Below, in pieces: positions 26,827 through 37,047 of a stretch of DNA of 44,242 nucleotides (its first letter is position 1; every line of letters starts with the position of its first letter). The position numbers and the translations under genes were made by a program. The notes under the pieces were generated by a model. That model saw only the letters and a list, made by a program, of their open reading frames with translations, made no database searches and was not told where the DNA came from. This stretch comes from Candidatus Latescibacterota bacterium (lineage in GTDB: Bacteria; Latescibacterota; UBA2968; GCA-2709665), in the NCBI GenBank assembly GCA_963662665.2, contig CAXXJS010000043.1:1-44242 (forward strand). The letters run 5' to 3'.

Positions 26827-27996
26827 ATGCAACCGTTCTTCTCTTTTTCGCGACTCGATCGGCTTCTGGAGTCGGCTGGCATGGAGGCGATGCTCTTCTG
26901 CCGCCCCTCCTCCTTCCTCTATTTTACGACGTTGCCCTGGTATGAAAGGGTTCATTTCTCCGATATGCCGGGACAATATGTCCTGCCGGTAGCCGGATAT
27001 ATTCGCGGCCGCCCGGATAAGGCCTTTGCCACAGCGTCGTCCCAGATGGATTTCCCCGATTTCAAAGCCCGGAATATATGGATTTCGGATATCCGACCCG
27101 TCATGGGCGTGGCGCGTTATGATACGCATGCCGAGCATATCATCAGGTTACTGAACGAGAAGGGTATTCAATCGGGTCGAGTTGGCATCGAACGGGGTAC
27201 GCTTCCCAACGATCTGGTCGCGGCGCTCGAAGGCCTTGGGCCCCGTATTCGCTGGGCGGAATGCAGGGAGGAACTCTTCAGACTCCAGGAGTTCAAGTCC
27301 GATGCGGAACTGGACCGGTTACGGACGTCCTGCCGGATCACCGAAGGCGGAATTATGCGGGTATTCGACGGGCTGGCGAGCGGCGTGACCCCCGAGGCGT
27401 TGATGGACGTTTACGTCAAGTCCACCGCAGGACTCTATACAGAGCGATTCGGACATTTCTTTTCGGTTCACTTCAAAGACTTCCACTTTACCGGACGTGA
27501 GTTGAAGGGGCCGCCCCTTCAGCCTCAGGCGCTCATTCACATCGACGTGTCTTCGATCCATAAGGGACTGATTTCGGATATCGGGAGAAACTTCTACTTT
27601 GGCTCCCCGGTCCCACCTGAAGTGGAAAGGTGCAGCCGGGCCTGTACAAGAACAACCCAGGTGGTTTTCGACCGCCTGAAACCCGGAATCTCGTGCGCCG
27701 AAGTGGACAGCCTTTCGAAAGAGGTCCTGTTCAACCTGCTGGGAGATCCGACCGGTCTCAACGTGGGCTTTCATTCGCACGGAATCGGCTGGATTCTGTA
27801 CAGCTACCCCTTCATTTCTCCAGAACCGGAAGGCGAAATCCTTCCCGGCCACGCGTTCACACTGGAGTACAAGGTGAAATACCCCGGCATCGGACACTTC
27901 AAGTGCGAAGACACGTTTGCCATGCATGAAAATGGACCGGAGTGCCTCGGTGGGCTCGATCGGAAGCTCTTCGTAAAAACGGTTAAATCCCGGTAG
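26827..27996 (+). CDS. M24 family (Xaa-Pro peptidase/creatinase-like) protein
   Basis: KSDAEL, IDVS...SDIGR, HGIG, TLEY, CEDTF. Confidence 0.8.
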   Translation: MQPFFSFSRLDRLLESAGMEAMLFCRPSSFLYFTTLPWYERVHFSDMPGQYVLPVAGYIRGRPDKAFATASSQMDFPDFKARNIWISDIRPVMGVARYDTHAEHIIRLLNEKGIQSGRVGIERGTLPNDLVAALEGLGPRIRWAECREELFRLQEFKSDAELDRLRTSCRITEGGIMRVFDGLASGVTPEALMDVYVKSTAGLYTERFGHFFSVHFKDFHFTGRELKGPPLQPQALIHIDVSSIHKGLISDIGRNFYFGSPVPPEVERCSRACTRTTQVVFDRLKPGISCAEVDSLSKEVLFNLLGDPTGLNVGFHSHGIGWILYSYPFISPEPEGEILPGHAFTLEYKVKYPGIGHFKCEDTFAMHENGPECLGGLDRKLFVKTVKSR

Positions 27997-28023
27997 AGAT
28001 GGTGTTCGATTTTCAATCGGTTT

Positions 28024-28082
28024 GTCACCCTTGGACATTTCGACAGGTTCAGCACGCGCAATGCAGGCAGGCTCAGGGTAAC
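28024..28082. repeat. REP-like CTTCGACAAGCTCAG-family repeat (degenerate)
   Basis: TTCGACAGGTTCAG and GGCTCAGGGTAAC, related to the copies at 29602 and 39947. Confidence 0.45.
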
Positions 28083-28132
28083 GTTCAGTGGGCGGTTCAG
28101 GGTGCAGGCTTAATCGAACGGGAATTTCGGTT

Positions 28133-29566
28133 ATGAATCATCGGGTTTTGTACGCCGGTGCCGCGCAGCGGGTGATTACACCGCCGGTCGGCGTGTCAAT
28201 GTCGGGGTGGAATCCCCGCGCCTCAGGGGATATCAGGTCGCGCTACGTGCACGACGACCTCCACGCAAAGGCGTTGGTACTTTCCTCCGTAAAACGGGCA
28301 TGGGCCGTGGTTGCCGTAGACCTGACGGGCGTGGACGCGGTGACTACGGAGGAGATCCGTCACGGCGCCGCAGACCGGACCGGACTGAGGCCCGACACAA
28401 TCATGGTCTGTGCGACGCACACCCATTCGGGACCTGCGTTCTGCCCCGTTGCCACAGCGTACAGCCCGGAGGATATGGCCCGTCTCACTGTGCAGGGAGA
28501 TGGGTCGGCGCCAGCGGCTATGGGCGAGGTCACGACGGTATCGTCATCTGCCAGTTGGGTGGGTGAAACGGACCTGGATTGGAAGGCCTGGTTTGTCGCG
28601 CAGGCGGTGGAGGCGGTGGAGGAGGCGCAGGGTGCGCTTCGGCCGGCTTCGGTGGGTTCTGGTGAGGCCCGGGTCAACGGCGTGGCCGGATCAAGGCGTG
28701 TGCTGATGTCCGACGGGAGTTGGGGAGACCCGAGGCGTGACCCCGTTAAAGGCGTCCGCGTGGTTTCGCGCACGAGTATCGATCCGCTGGTTCGTGTGTT
28801 TGCCGTTAGAGAACAGGGAACGGGGGCGCCGCTGGCGGCGGTGATTAATTACGGTACTCATCCCTGGATATTCTGCGGATCGGGCATATCCGCCGAGATC
28901 GCGGGCGCGGCGTCCGATCGTGTAGCGTCTACGTGGGGGCGTGACGGGGGCGAACCTCCGGTTGTGCTCTATACGTCCGGCCCCGAGGGCGACGTGACGC
29001 CCATCTGGAACGTCGATATCGAAGGGGTCTGGAGGACCCGCCCCGGCGAGGATACCGAAGAGAGTCTTGCAAGAAGGGAGCGCGGATTCGACCGGGAACT
29101 TGCCCGTCTGGGCGGTCGGGTGGCGGACGGGGCGACGTCGGCCGTCCACGGGATCGCCGGCTGGGACGAGGCCCCGGAGCTCTGGGCCCGCCGGAAGGAA
29201 GTGGCGCTTCCGTTAAAGGCGGGGTATCGGCACGTGGATGACGTCATTCTGGCCGACTGGCAGCGGGCGGCCCCCGAGTCCCATCACCTTACGGAAGTAC
29301 AGACGCTTGGGGCAGGCGAAGGGGTCTTTCTGGGGCTTCCGGGGGAACCGTTCGTTTCTCTTGGCGCAGAAATCCGGGCGCGGTCCGGATACCGCCAGTT
29401 GATGATTGCCGCACTGGCGAACGAGTTCGGCGCCGTCAGCTACATCGCCGAAAGAGAGGCCTTTGACCTGGGAGGGTATGAGACCGCGTTTACGCCGGTG
29501 GGTCCGGGCGCGGGCGAGGCGCTGGTGGACGGCGCGGTCGCGGTATTGGGCGCAGAGGAAGAATAG
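28133..29566 (+). CDS. Neutral/alkaline ceramidase-like amidohydrolase
   Basis: ITPPVG, VHDDLHAKALVL, ATHTHSGP, NYGTHP, PGEPF. Confidence 0.8.
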   Translation: MNHRVLYAGAAQRVITPPVGVSMSGWNPRASGDIRSRYVHDDLHAKALVLSSVKRAWAVVAVDLTGVDAVTTEEIRHGAADRTGLRPDTIMVCATHTHSGPAFCPVATAYSPEDMARLTVQGDGSAPAAMGEVTTVSSSASWVGETDLDWKAWFVAQAVEAVEEAQGALRPASVGSGEARVNGVAGSRRVLMSDGSWGDPRRDPVKGVRVVSRTSIDPLVRVFAVREQGTGAPLAAVINYGTHPWIFCGSGISAEIAGAASDRVASTWGRDGGEPPVVLYTSGPEGDVTPIWNVDIEGVWRTRPGEDTEESLARRERGFDRELARLGGRVADGATSAVHGIAGWDEAPELWARRKEVALPLKAGYRHVDDVILADWQRAAPESHHLTEVQTLGAGEGVFLGLPGEPFVSLGAEIRARSGYRQLMIAALANEFGAVSYIAEREAFDLGGYETAFTPVGPGAGEALVDGAVAVLGAEEE

Positions 29567-29601
29567 TAGTGTGCGATGCAGGCTCGACGCATTTCCAGAG
29601 T

Positions 29602-29673
29602 CCTTCGACCCTTCGACAATCCTTCGACAAGCTCAGGACAAGGCTCAGAGGCCTGCAAAATCAGGTCGAAGGG
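29602..29673. repeat. REP-like repeat cluster
   Basis: CCTTCGAC three times, CTTCGACAAGCTCAGGACA, and an inverted GGTCGAAGGG. Confidence 0.6.
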
Positions 29674-29697
29674 TCAGCAAAAAAAATGAAATAGTCC

Positions 29698-29733
29698 TTG
29701 ACAATCTGAATAACAACACCATAAATTAGATTG
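29698..29733 (+). promoter_or_regulatory. sigma70-type promoter with overlapping inverted repeat upstream of the TBDR module
   Basis: TTGACA (29698-29703)-18 bp-TAAATT; CAATCT/AGATTG inverted repeat; AT-rich. Confidence 0.5.
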
Positions 29734-29896
29734 AAGTATGATAGTATCAGGGGGCGTTATATTTCGGCTTCTGTATGGATTAGCCGCCGTGCGTTATCTT
29801 GCAATAAATGGATGAAATGGAATCCTGCAGTTTTTAGCAGGAATTCGACTCGGATTTTGCTCCGACGCTGAATTATCGCACTTGGAGGGTACGGGT

Positions 29897-32800
29897 ATGA
29901 ACAGATTGAAGACCGATTTCGCCGTCGCACTTGCACTGTTTGCCATTCTTGTTTTTTCCGGTGCGGCCTTTGCCGGTACGACGGGGAAGATCGTTGGCAA
30001 GGTAACCGACGAGAACGGGGAGGCCCTGCCCGGCGCCAGCGTGGTACTTGAAGGAACGAGGCTGGGAGCATCCACGGATGCCCAGGGGTTCTATGTGGTT
30101 ATCTCAGTCGATCCTGCAGTCTACAAGATGACGGCATCCATGGTTGGTTACCATTCGGTGACCCAGGAACAGGTCCAGGTGCGGTCCGACTTCACCACAA
30201 CGGTGGATTTTCAACTTCGCGAGACGGAGTTGGAGTTGGAAGAAATGGTCGTGGTTGCGGAAGCGCCTCCTGTAGAGCCCGACAAGACGGAGAGCCGCTA
30301 CGTGGTCACAGCCCAGGATATCGCGCGTACGCCGATCCTTAGAGACGCCTCTGAGTTCGTCGCGTTGGAAGCAGGTGTGGCGGTGGACGGCAGCGGCGTG
30401 ATCCGCGGGGGTCAGGTGGAAGATAACCTGATTTACGTCGACGGCGTGCGGCTGCAGAACCAGGACGGACGAGCAGGTCCCACGTCGTCCGGAAGGCAGT
30501 GGTGGGGTACCAACGTAAAGGCGCTGCAGGAGGTCTCAGTAATCACGGGAGGGATGAACGCCGAATACGGGAATGCGCAGGCGGGCGTGGTGCAGATGGT
30601 GACGCGGGATGGAGGATCCAACTACCACGGCGAGGCGGAGTACCGGCTGACGCCAGGCGGCAAGAAACACTGGGGCGCCAACGTATACGATGCCCCCGAA
30701 CACCGCGGCCACACGCGATGGAACGATCCGTCGTGGACCTCGGAGGTGGATCCCGAGACCGGCGCGCTGGTACACCAGCGGATGAACTATACGGATCAGC
30801 GGGGCCACTATGTCGATGCCTATCTCGGCGGCCCGCTTCTCCCGGAAACGTCATTCTTCGTGAGTTCGCGGCACCAGCGGGATGCAGCTACCTTTCCCGG
30901 GGCATGGTCCGTGCGCCCGTTCAATGCCCGGAACACGGCGAAACTGACCATCCGTGCGCACGACAGCGTCAAGATGCAAATCGGCTGGTTATACGACCGT
31001 TGGAAGACTTTCAACAACGGCGCGCTGGGGGGGACAACCCCGTCCGTCAGCAACGTACTCAGGGGTCCCGGCCGCGACATTTTTCTGCCTGAAGGGTCGC
31101 CCGCGGGGGAAACGATCAACGCCGAAAGCGTTGTCTACGGTGTGGTAACGCACACGGTCAGTCCGCGCACCTTCTATGAACTAAGACTCTCCCGGTATCA
31201 GAGTACACAGGATACCAGCGGTGTGCCGAACACCACGGCGGATATCGGCACCGATGGTGACGGCTGGTTCTATACCGGCCGGGGGGACGTTCGCGCGTAT
31301 ACCTTAGGAAAACAGACCAGGAACGCTCTGAAATTCGATCTGTCCAGCCAGCTGACGAAAACGCACTTCTCCAAAATAGGGATCGACTTCACGGGCTATA
31401 GCAACCATTTCATTCGCGAGGGCAACACACCCGGCGACGCGCGTAAACAAATCCTGTATATCGGAAATCCGGAGCCGGGACAGCCGATAACGCCGAAGCA
31501 GTTCGCGGCCTATATCCAGGACAAGATGGAATTCGAGGGATTCATCGTAAACGCCGGAATCCGCTACGACCGCTTCTGGGGCGCCGACGTTCCGATAATG
31601 GGGGCGCTGCGGGCGTTCCAGTACACGACGATGTCGCGATATCTCACGACGCCCAGGTACCCCATGAAGCCCATTGTGAACTGGAGTCCGCGGCTTGGGA
31701 TCTCGCACCCGATCACATACAGGTCGAGCCTGCATTTCTTCTACGGGCATTTCTACCAGTTGCCGAGTTTCTACCAGATGTTTCACGACCAGTGGTTCGG
31801 TTCGGGAGACGGGATACCGGGCATCGGTTTCAGCGAATACACCAGCCACTACCGTCCGGCGCCCACGTCAATCTCAAGGCCGATATGGGACAATACGGCG
31901 CGGACGATCAGCTTCGAACTGGGCGCAGACTGGAATTTCGTATCCGACTATACACTCGCGATGGCGACGTTCTACAAGAGCGCCTCCTTCCAGGAAACCG
32001 GAGGTTGGGACGTATTCCTCTATCCGGAGTTGCGCGGCGCAGGGGTTCGCCTCCGCCAGCGACTCTCCAGCACCCTGTCAAACATCCGCCTCGAAGACAC
32101 GCGGGGTCTGGAGTTCAGCCTCAGGAAGGGATTCAGCCATTACTTTTCGTTCCGCGCGGCCCTCAACCTGGCCTGGAGCGACTACAGCCTCGGCGGGGGC
32201 GGCACCGTGAGCAACGGCGCCACCGTGATACCCGATTCGAACTACATTGCCAGCGGCAACTACTTCTTCGCGTGGGAGGCTGCGGGCGGTTCGGAGCGTC
32301 CCGTAGCCCTCACCGATGAGCAGATCCGGATCATCGGTCACGGCGCCAATGAGGCCATAAGAGCCGCACAGGCGGACCGGCTGGTAGCCGGTGGTTACGT
32401 CTACGACATGTCGACAAACAAGGACGCGATCGTGCCCACCTGGGAAGAGAACTGGCTGTCTGATGCCGCCGCCGAGGGGGCACGCGGCCTCTGGATCGTG
32501 CATGGACACAGGGCCAATCCCGGCGTGGACGTGGGTCGCCGGAGCCAGGGAAGCCTCCAGATGTTCCTGTCCACGCCGCAGGATTTCGGCATGGGTCCTA
32601 AGATTGGAGGAAGCACGCTTCTGGGGGGCGTCAATGCCAACCTGATCTACCGGATCTATACCGGGTCCCAGTTCACCTATCTGGTCCTCGAGGGTACGCG
32701 TCAGACCGCACGAGGTCCATTACGCACGGTTATGGACCTGAACGTGCAGAAACGCTTCGAATTGGGCAGGGCAAGCGCCGACGTCTTCCTGGAGGTCTTC

Positions 32801-32974
32801 AATCTGTTCAACCAGAAGGACGCGTTGGCGTCGGGAACCGACTATATGTGGTGGGGGCTGCAAAAGCCCAGGCCGAACGACGCGAACTATCTCAACTATG
32901 GCGATTTCCAGGACCGCAGCCGATATATTGGCGAACCCCGGATAACCCACGTGGGTATTCGCATGCGGTTCTAA
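29897..32974 (+). CDS. TonB-dependent receptor with N-terminal carboxypeptidase-regulatory-like domain
   Basis: Signal peptide. GKIVGKVTDENGEALPGASV, IRGG...YVDGV plug, GGMNAEYG, YIQDKMEF, SPRLGISHP, VFNLFN. C-terminal Phe. Confidence 0.92.
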   Translation: MNRLKTDFAVALALFAILVFSGAAFAGTTGKIVGKVTDENGEALPGASVVLEGTRLGASTDAQGFYVVISVDPAVYKMTASMVGYHSVTQEQVQVRSDFTTTVDFQLRETELELEEMVVVAEAPPVEPDKTESRYVVTAQDIARTPILRDASEFVALEAGVAVDGSGVIRGGQVEDNLIYVDGVRLQNQDGRAGPTSSGRQWWGTNVKALQEVSVITGGMNAEYGNAQAGVVQMVTRDGGSNYHGEAEYRLTPGGKKHWGANVYDAPEHRGHTRWNDPSWTSEVDPETGALVHQRMNYTDQRGHYVDAYLGGPLLPETSFFVSSRHQRDAATFPGAWSVRPFNARNTAKLTIRAHDSVKMQIGWLYDRWKTFNNGALGGTTPSVSNVLRGPGRDIFLPEGSPAGETINAESVVYGVVTHTVSPRTFYELRLSRYQSTQDTSGVPNTTADIGTDGDGWFYTGRGDVRAYTLGKQTRNALKFDLSSQLTKTHFSKIGIDFTGYSNHFIREGNTPGDARKQILYIGNPEPGQPITPKQFAAYIQDKMEFEGFIVNAGIRYDRFWGADVPIMGALRAFQYTTMSRYLTTPRYPMKPIVNWSPRLGISHPITYRSSLHFFYGHFYQLPSFYQMFHDQWFGSGDGIPGIGFSEYTSHYRPAPTSISRPIWDNTARTISFELGADWNFVSDYTLAMATFYKSASFQETGGWDVFLYPELRGAGVRLRQRLSSTLSNIRLEDTRGLEFSLRKGFSHYFSFRAALNLAWSDYSLGGGGTVSNGATVIPDSNYIASGNYFFAWEAAGGSERPVALTDEQIRIIGHGANEAIRAAQADRLVAGGYVYDMSTNKDAIVPTWEENWLSDAAAEGARGLWIVHGHRANPGVDVGRRSQGSLQMFLSTPQDFGMGPKIGGSTLLGGVNANLIYRIYTGSQFTYLVLEGTRQTARGPLRTVMDLNVQKRFELGRASADVFLEVFNLFNQKDALASGTDYMWWGLQKPRPNDANYLNYGDFQDRSRYIGEPRITHVGIRMRF

Positions 32975-33089
32975 GATGGCGTCGTCGCATTGGCCGCAGG
33001 GTCAACGCGTGCGACGAGGTCCTTTTCGAAACGGCCCGGTCAGACCGGATGCGGGTACAATCGATGCTGACACGAAGGAGACCTGGGAG

Positions 33090-35396
33090 ATGATCAAGAT
33101 TTCGAAGATCGAGGCGATGGCAGTGCTTCTTGCGCTGATGATATGCTTGCCGGACTCCGCGCCGGCACAGGAAAACCACAGGTTCCAGACCCGCGCGAAG
33201 GTGTGGGACATGTTCTGGAATTACGGGACTCAGGGCGTTTCCGAAGATCCGGACGCCTGGTTGAGCTACTACCGCCAGATGGGCATGCAATATCCTGGCG
33301 TTTGGACCCGGCAGTATTCCACGGAATTCCAGGACTACTGGGGAGAGCGGAGCTGGGGTTCCCTCCATCCGGCCTACGCGGCGTTGTTCGAATCCACGGC
33401 CACGATGCCCGGATTCAGCACGTACATAGCAACCCGGGCGCCGGACGACCCCGAGGGCGAGTATTACGTGTCGATTTCGAAGCCCCGCGCTATCACGGAC
33501 GATATCAGGATGATGTCCTACGATGCGTCCGCGGGTCCGGAGGCGGCTATCGGATACCCCAACTATTCGCCCGTAGGTCCCGCGATGGCCAACTGGTGGC
33601 CGGGCGAGTCACCGGTGGAAAGCAGGTACGTCACGGAAATACACAACTACCGGTACGGCCATTATATGGATTCCGATAAAGACAACTTCCCCGAGAGCCT
33701 CCTCGTCATGCGCTGGACCACGAAACGGGGGATCACGGTCACCAAAAAGGTATATACCTGGAGCTACCCCGACTACGACGATTTCCAGATTATGGAGTAC
33801 GAGTTCGAGAATACCGGAGACTCCGACGGGGACGGCGCGGCGGACGTGAACGGCGGCGCCGGGCTGCAGTTGAACGACACTTTTTTCGCCTTTTCGGTCC
33901 GCTTCTTCATCTCCCAATCCGGACACGGATGGATGAACTACGATGCGTGGTACCGAAACACCAAACCGACCGACAATGACGACTGGTTCAAGTTCACCGA
34001 GGCGGCGAACTACGACGGACCCGCCGCGGGCATGGGCATGAAAATGTGGTACGCTTATGACGGGGACAACCCACTGGTGCCGGGAGACGACATCGGCAAG
34101 CCCTACAACCCGTCCGCGGCAAACCCGGGTTACGCGGGGCGGCCGTCGCAGGTCCGGACACCGGGGGAGTTGACGGCATTTCAGTACTCAGGCTTCGCGC
34201 CCATCGCGTACCTGCCGTCTACGTCGAACGATCCGGGCGCCTTTTCCTACGACACGAAGGGCGATAACAGCTACGTCGCCCCCAGGATCGAAGACCAGCC
34301 CCACACGGTGAGATGGTGGGAATACCGGAACCGCGGCGATTTCGACGAGCCGGACCAGGAAAACCATTCCTTCCAGGAAATTTACGATCAGTTGATCGGC
34401 GCCGAATCCGATATCAGGGACAATCCACCCGTGGTCGGCGCCTGGCACGGGTCGATCGCGTACGGTCCCTACGACCTGGCGCCCGGCGACAAGGCGAAAT
34501 TCGTCTTCGTCCTGGCGGCGGCCGCGCCCGTGGAAGAGAATATCTGGGGATGGGCGAAGCAGGGCAGTCAGGCAGAAATGCGTACGGACAAGGCGTTCAA
34601 CAACCTGGTCAAGCACGTCAACAAAGCCAAAGAGGCGTTTCAGTGGAACTACGACCTCCCCGACGCGCCGCCGGACGTGAAGGTGGACGTGGGCGTGACC
34701 ACGGAAGGCTTCATATCTCTGGTCTGGGACGACACGGCGGATGACGCGGTCAATCCGGACTATACGGGTGAGGAAGCCAGAGACGTGAGTGGCTACCGGG
34801 TCTACCGGTCTCTCTTCAAACGGGACGACTGGGAACTGATGGTGGAAATCCCGCGGAAGTCAGACATATTCTACAGTGGCGGCAAGTACGAATTTATCGA
34901 TAAGAAATCGATCGCGGGATTCCTGTATGACTACAGTGTGCGCACCTACAGCGAGCCACACAACGACTGGAACGGAACGGGCATCGCCATTCCGTCCCTG
35001 GAGAGCGGAAACAGTTCGCCGGAGCAGTGGGTGAACGGTGTCAAGGTCTCCACACCCTTTGTCCCGTCCACGGCGCAGTCCGACCAGCTGGACAGGAAGG
35101 TGATCGTGACCCCGAATCCATACCGGGATGACGGCGCCCATGCCTATGAGAATAAGGGTCAGATCCGGTTTCTGAACATCCCGAGGAAGTGCCAGATCCG
35201 GATATACACCGTGGCCGGGGACCTGATCGCCGAGGTGAATCACGACGACCAGGGGCGGGGCGAGACCACCTGGAGCCAGACAACCATAGACAACGTGGGT
35301 TCGGCTTCCGCCGGCGTGTACTTTTACGTGGTTGAATCTCTGGTGGATGGGACAAGCGGAAAAACGCAACGGGGAATATTCGTTATCAGCAAGTGA
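33090..35396 (+). CDS. Secreted protein with FN3-like domain and T9SS-CTD/FlgD-Ig-like C-terminus
   Basis: AAGGAG RBS, signal peptide, YGPYDLAPGD, ISLVWD...GYRVYRS, VTPNPY...IRIYTVAGDLI...AGVYFYVV. Confidence 0.8.
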   Translation: MIKISKIEAMAVLLALMICLPDSAPAQENHRFQTRAKVWDMFWNYGTQGVSEDPDAWLSYYRQMGMQYPGVWTRQYSTEFQDYWGERSWGSLHPAYAALFESTATMPGFSTYIATRAPDDPEGEYYVSISKPRAITDDIRMMSYDASAGPEAAIGYPNYSPVGPAMANWWPGESPVESRYVTEIHNYRYGHYMDSDKDNFPESLLVMRWTTKRGITVTKKVYTWSYPDYDDFQIMEYEFENTGDSDGDGAADVNGGAGLQLNDTFFAFSVRFFISQSGHGWMNYDAWYRNTKPTDNDDWFKFTEAANYDGPAAGMGMKMWYAYDGDNPLVPGDDIGKPYNPSAANPGYAGRPSQVRTPGELTAFQYSGFAPIAYLPSTSNDPGAFSYDTKGDNSYVAPRIEDQPHTVRWWEYRNRGDFDEPDQENHSFQEIYDQLIGAESDIRDNPPVVGAWHGSIAYGPYDLAPGDKAKFVFVLAAAAPVEENIWGWAKQGSQAEMRTDKAFNNLVKHVNKAKEAFQWNYDLPDAPPDVKVDVGVTTEGFISLVWDDTADDAVNPDYTGEEARDVSGYRVYRSLFKRDDWELMVEIPRKSDIFYSGGKYEFIDKKSIAGFLYDYSVRTYSEPHNDWNGTGIAIPSLESGNSSPEQWVNGVKVSTPFVPSTAQSDQLDRKVIVTPNPYRDDGAHAYENKGQIRFLNIPRKCQIRIYTVAGDLIAEVNHDDQGRGETTWSQTTIDNVGSASAGVYFYVVESLVDGTSGKTQRGIFVISK

Positions 35397-35477
35397 GACG
35401 GTCGAATTACCGAGTCAGGGATTCCCGATTCGCCTTCTCGTCGAACCGCTCAACCGAAACGGAGAAGGAACAAACCT

Positions 35478-36431
35478 ATGAAACGGATCTTGTGGATTGG
35501 AATCGTGGCGTGTACGGGATATGCGATGCTGTCTCCCGGGGTTGCCTACTGCGACACGCAGAAGCGCCTCGGCCAGGCCGTATTCTCCGTGCACAAGGTG
35601 GACCACGGGGCGCGTGTCGCTGGCATGGGCGGGGCGTTTACGGCCATCGCGGACGACATCAGCACGATCTTCGTGAACCCGGCCGGACTCACCCACGTCG
35701 AGGAGATGGAGTATACACTTTCGTACACCCGCTGGCTCGTCGATACCCGTTTCTATTCGGGCGCACTCGCCTACAATACGGCCCGCGGTGTGGTTGGCTT
35801 GTCCGTAATGGCGTTTTCGGTCCCGGACGTTGAGGAAACAACCATCTATCAGCCGATCGGGACCGGCAGAATGCTGGAGATCGGTGATTTCAGCGTCGGC
35901 GGTTCTTACGCGACGAAGTTAACCGATAAGCTTTCGTTCGGATTTCAGGTGAGATGGACCCAGGAAACCATAGACGTGGACCGGCTGACCGGCGTGGATT
36001 TCAATTTCGGAACCACGTTCGACACGGGTTTCAGAAGCCTCCGTCTCGGGATGGCGTTCAAGAACCTGGGCAGAGACATCGAGTCGAGGGAAATCAATTA
36101 CCAGATGCCGGTTGCGTTCGACTTCGGTTTCGCGGTGGAAGTCTTCGGCGTCAAGGGCAGCGATGACTCCTATCTGACGTTTACGGGAGAGAGTCACTAC
36201 GCAACGGATTACTCGGAGCCGCGGTATCGTCTGGGCGGCGAACTTTGGCTGCAGAACGCGTTCGCGCTGCGAGGCGGCGTCAAACCCGGATACGATACAG
36301 AGGTGTTCAGTGTCGGTTTGGGATTGAAGGTCAAGCCCGTCGATGGCAAGGTTGTCCGAGTGGATTTCGCGTACAGCGACGGAAACGACTTCGAACCGCC
36401 GCTTCGTTTCAGCCTGAGCGGGTCGTTCTGA
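35478..36431 (+). CDS. PorV/PorQ family outer-membrane beta-barrel
   Basis: GARVAGMGGAFTAIADD...NPAGL, amphipathic strands, DFAY, C-terminal Phe. Confidence 0.85.
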   Translation: MKRILWIGIVACTGYAMLSPGVAYCDTQKRLGQAVFSVHKVDHGARVAGMGGAFTAIADDISTIFVNPAGLTHVEEMEYTLSYTRWLVDTRFYSGALAYNTARGVVGLSVMAFSVPDVEETTIYQPIGTGRMLEIGDFSVGGSYATKLTDKLSFGFQVRWTQETIDVDRLTGVDFNFGTTFDTGFRSLRLGMAFKNLGRDIESREINYQMPVAFDFGFAVEVFGVKGSDDSYLTFTGESHYATDYSEPRYRLGGELWLQNAFALRGGVKPGYDTEVFSVGLGLKVKPVDGKVVRVDFAYSDGNDFEPPLRFSLSGSF

Positions 36432-36473
36432 CGGAAGACTGACAGAGCGACAACCGCTTCGTTCAAGTCACAA

Positions 36474-36507
36474 GAAAAACCCCGGTTTTGCCGGGGTTTT
36501 TTTATTT
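36474..36507 (+). terminator. Intrinsic (likely bidirectional) terminator
   Basis: AAAAACCCCGG-TTTTG-CCGGGGTTTTTTTATTT. Confidence 0.85.
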
Positions 36508-36850
36508 GCGGGCATGGTCAATAGCCAGGCGCAGGGAGTCCACATGCGTTCGCCGAGGCGTCGGCAACAATCGGACGGCGGCCACGCTAACCGGGCGCCC
36601 ACCACGACGTGAGACGCCTTTGACTGTTCGAACGAGGGCGGCAAAAAACCGTGCGAGGTGCCCGTGGCAGGTCGGTCTCAACGTTACTGCACATCCGTCG
36701 GCAAGATGTGACCGCATACGTCGATACGGCAGCTTCACACACCCACCTGCGCTCCGGATCAATCAGAAACTCTACCTGCGATTTCTCTGTTGGGATTCCG
36801 CCTCCTCCGCTCCCGCCCCCTTAGATTCGAATCGAGTCTACTGGCTGAAC

Positions 36851-37020
36851 GATGCCCTGATGCGGGTAGAGATTTTCAGGGCTGGCGCACAGCCGGGTAC
36901 AGCTCTGTTAAAAATCGACAAATCTTAATGGATCATACGCCAAACTTCAAGAAAAATTCAACACAAACGTCTCATTTTTCAGAGATAGTTCAACATTTTT
37001 TCGGTATCGTTAATTATAGC
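36851..37020 (+). repeat. Conserved intergenic element, copy 1 (paralog at 41597)
   Basis: GATGCC..GCGGGTAGA.AT.TTCAGGGCTGGCGCACAG and TTCAGAG.TAGTTCA shared with 41597-41740. Confidence 0.6.
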
Positions 37021-37047
37021 CGGCCACATTTTTATCCGCGGTCGCGT

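Noticed and set aside
36510-36850. Short ORFs after the terminator
   Set aside because: No RBS, motif or protein-like composition; probably decayed sequence.
36880-36900. CTGGCGC as a sigma54 -24 box (also ~41627)
   Set aside because: No TTGC -12 element at the required spacing.
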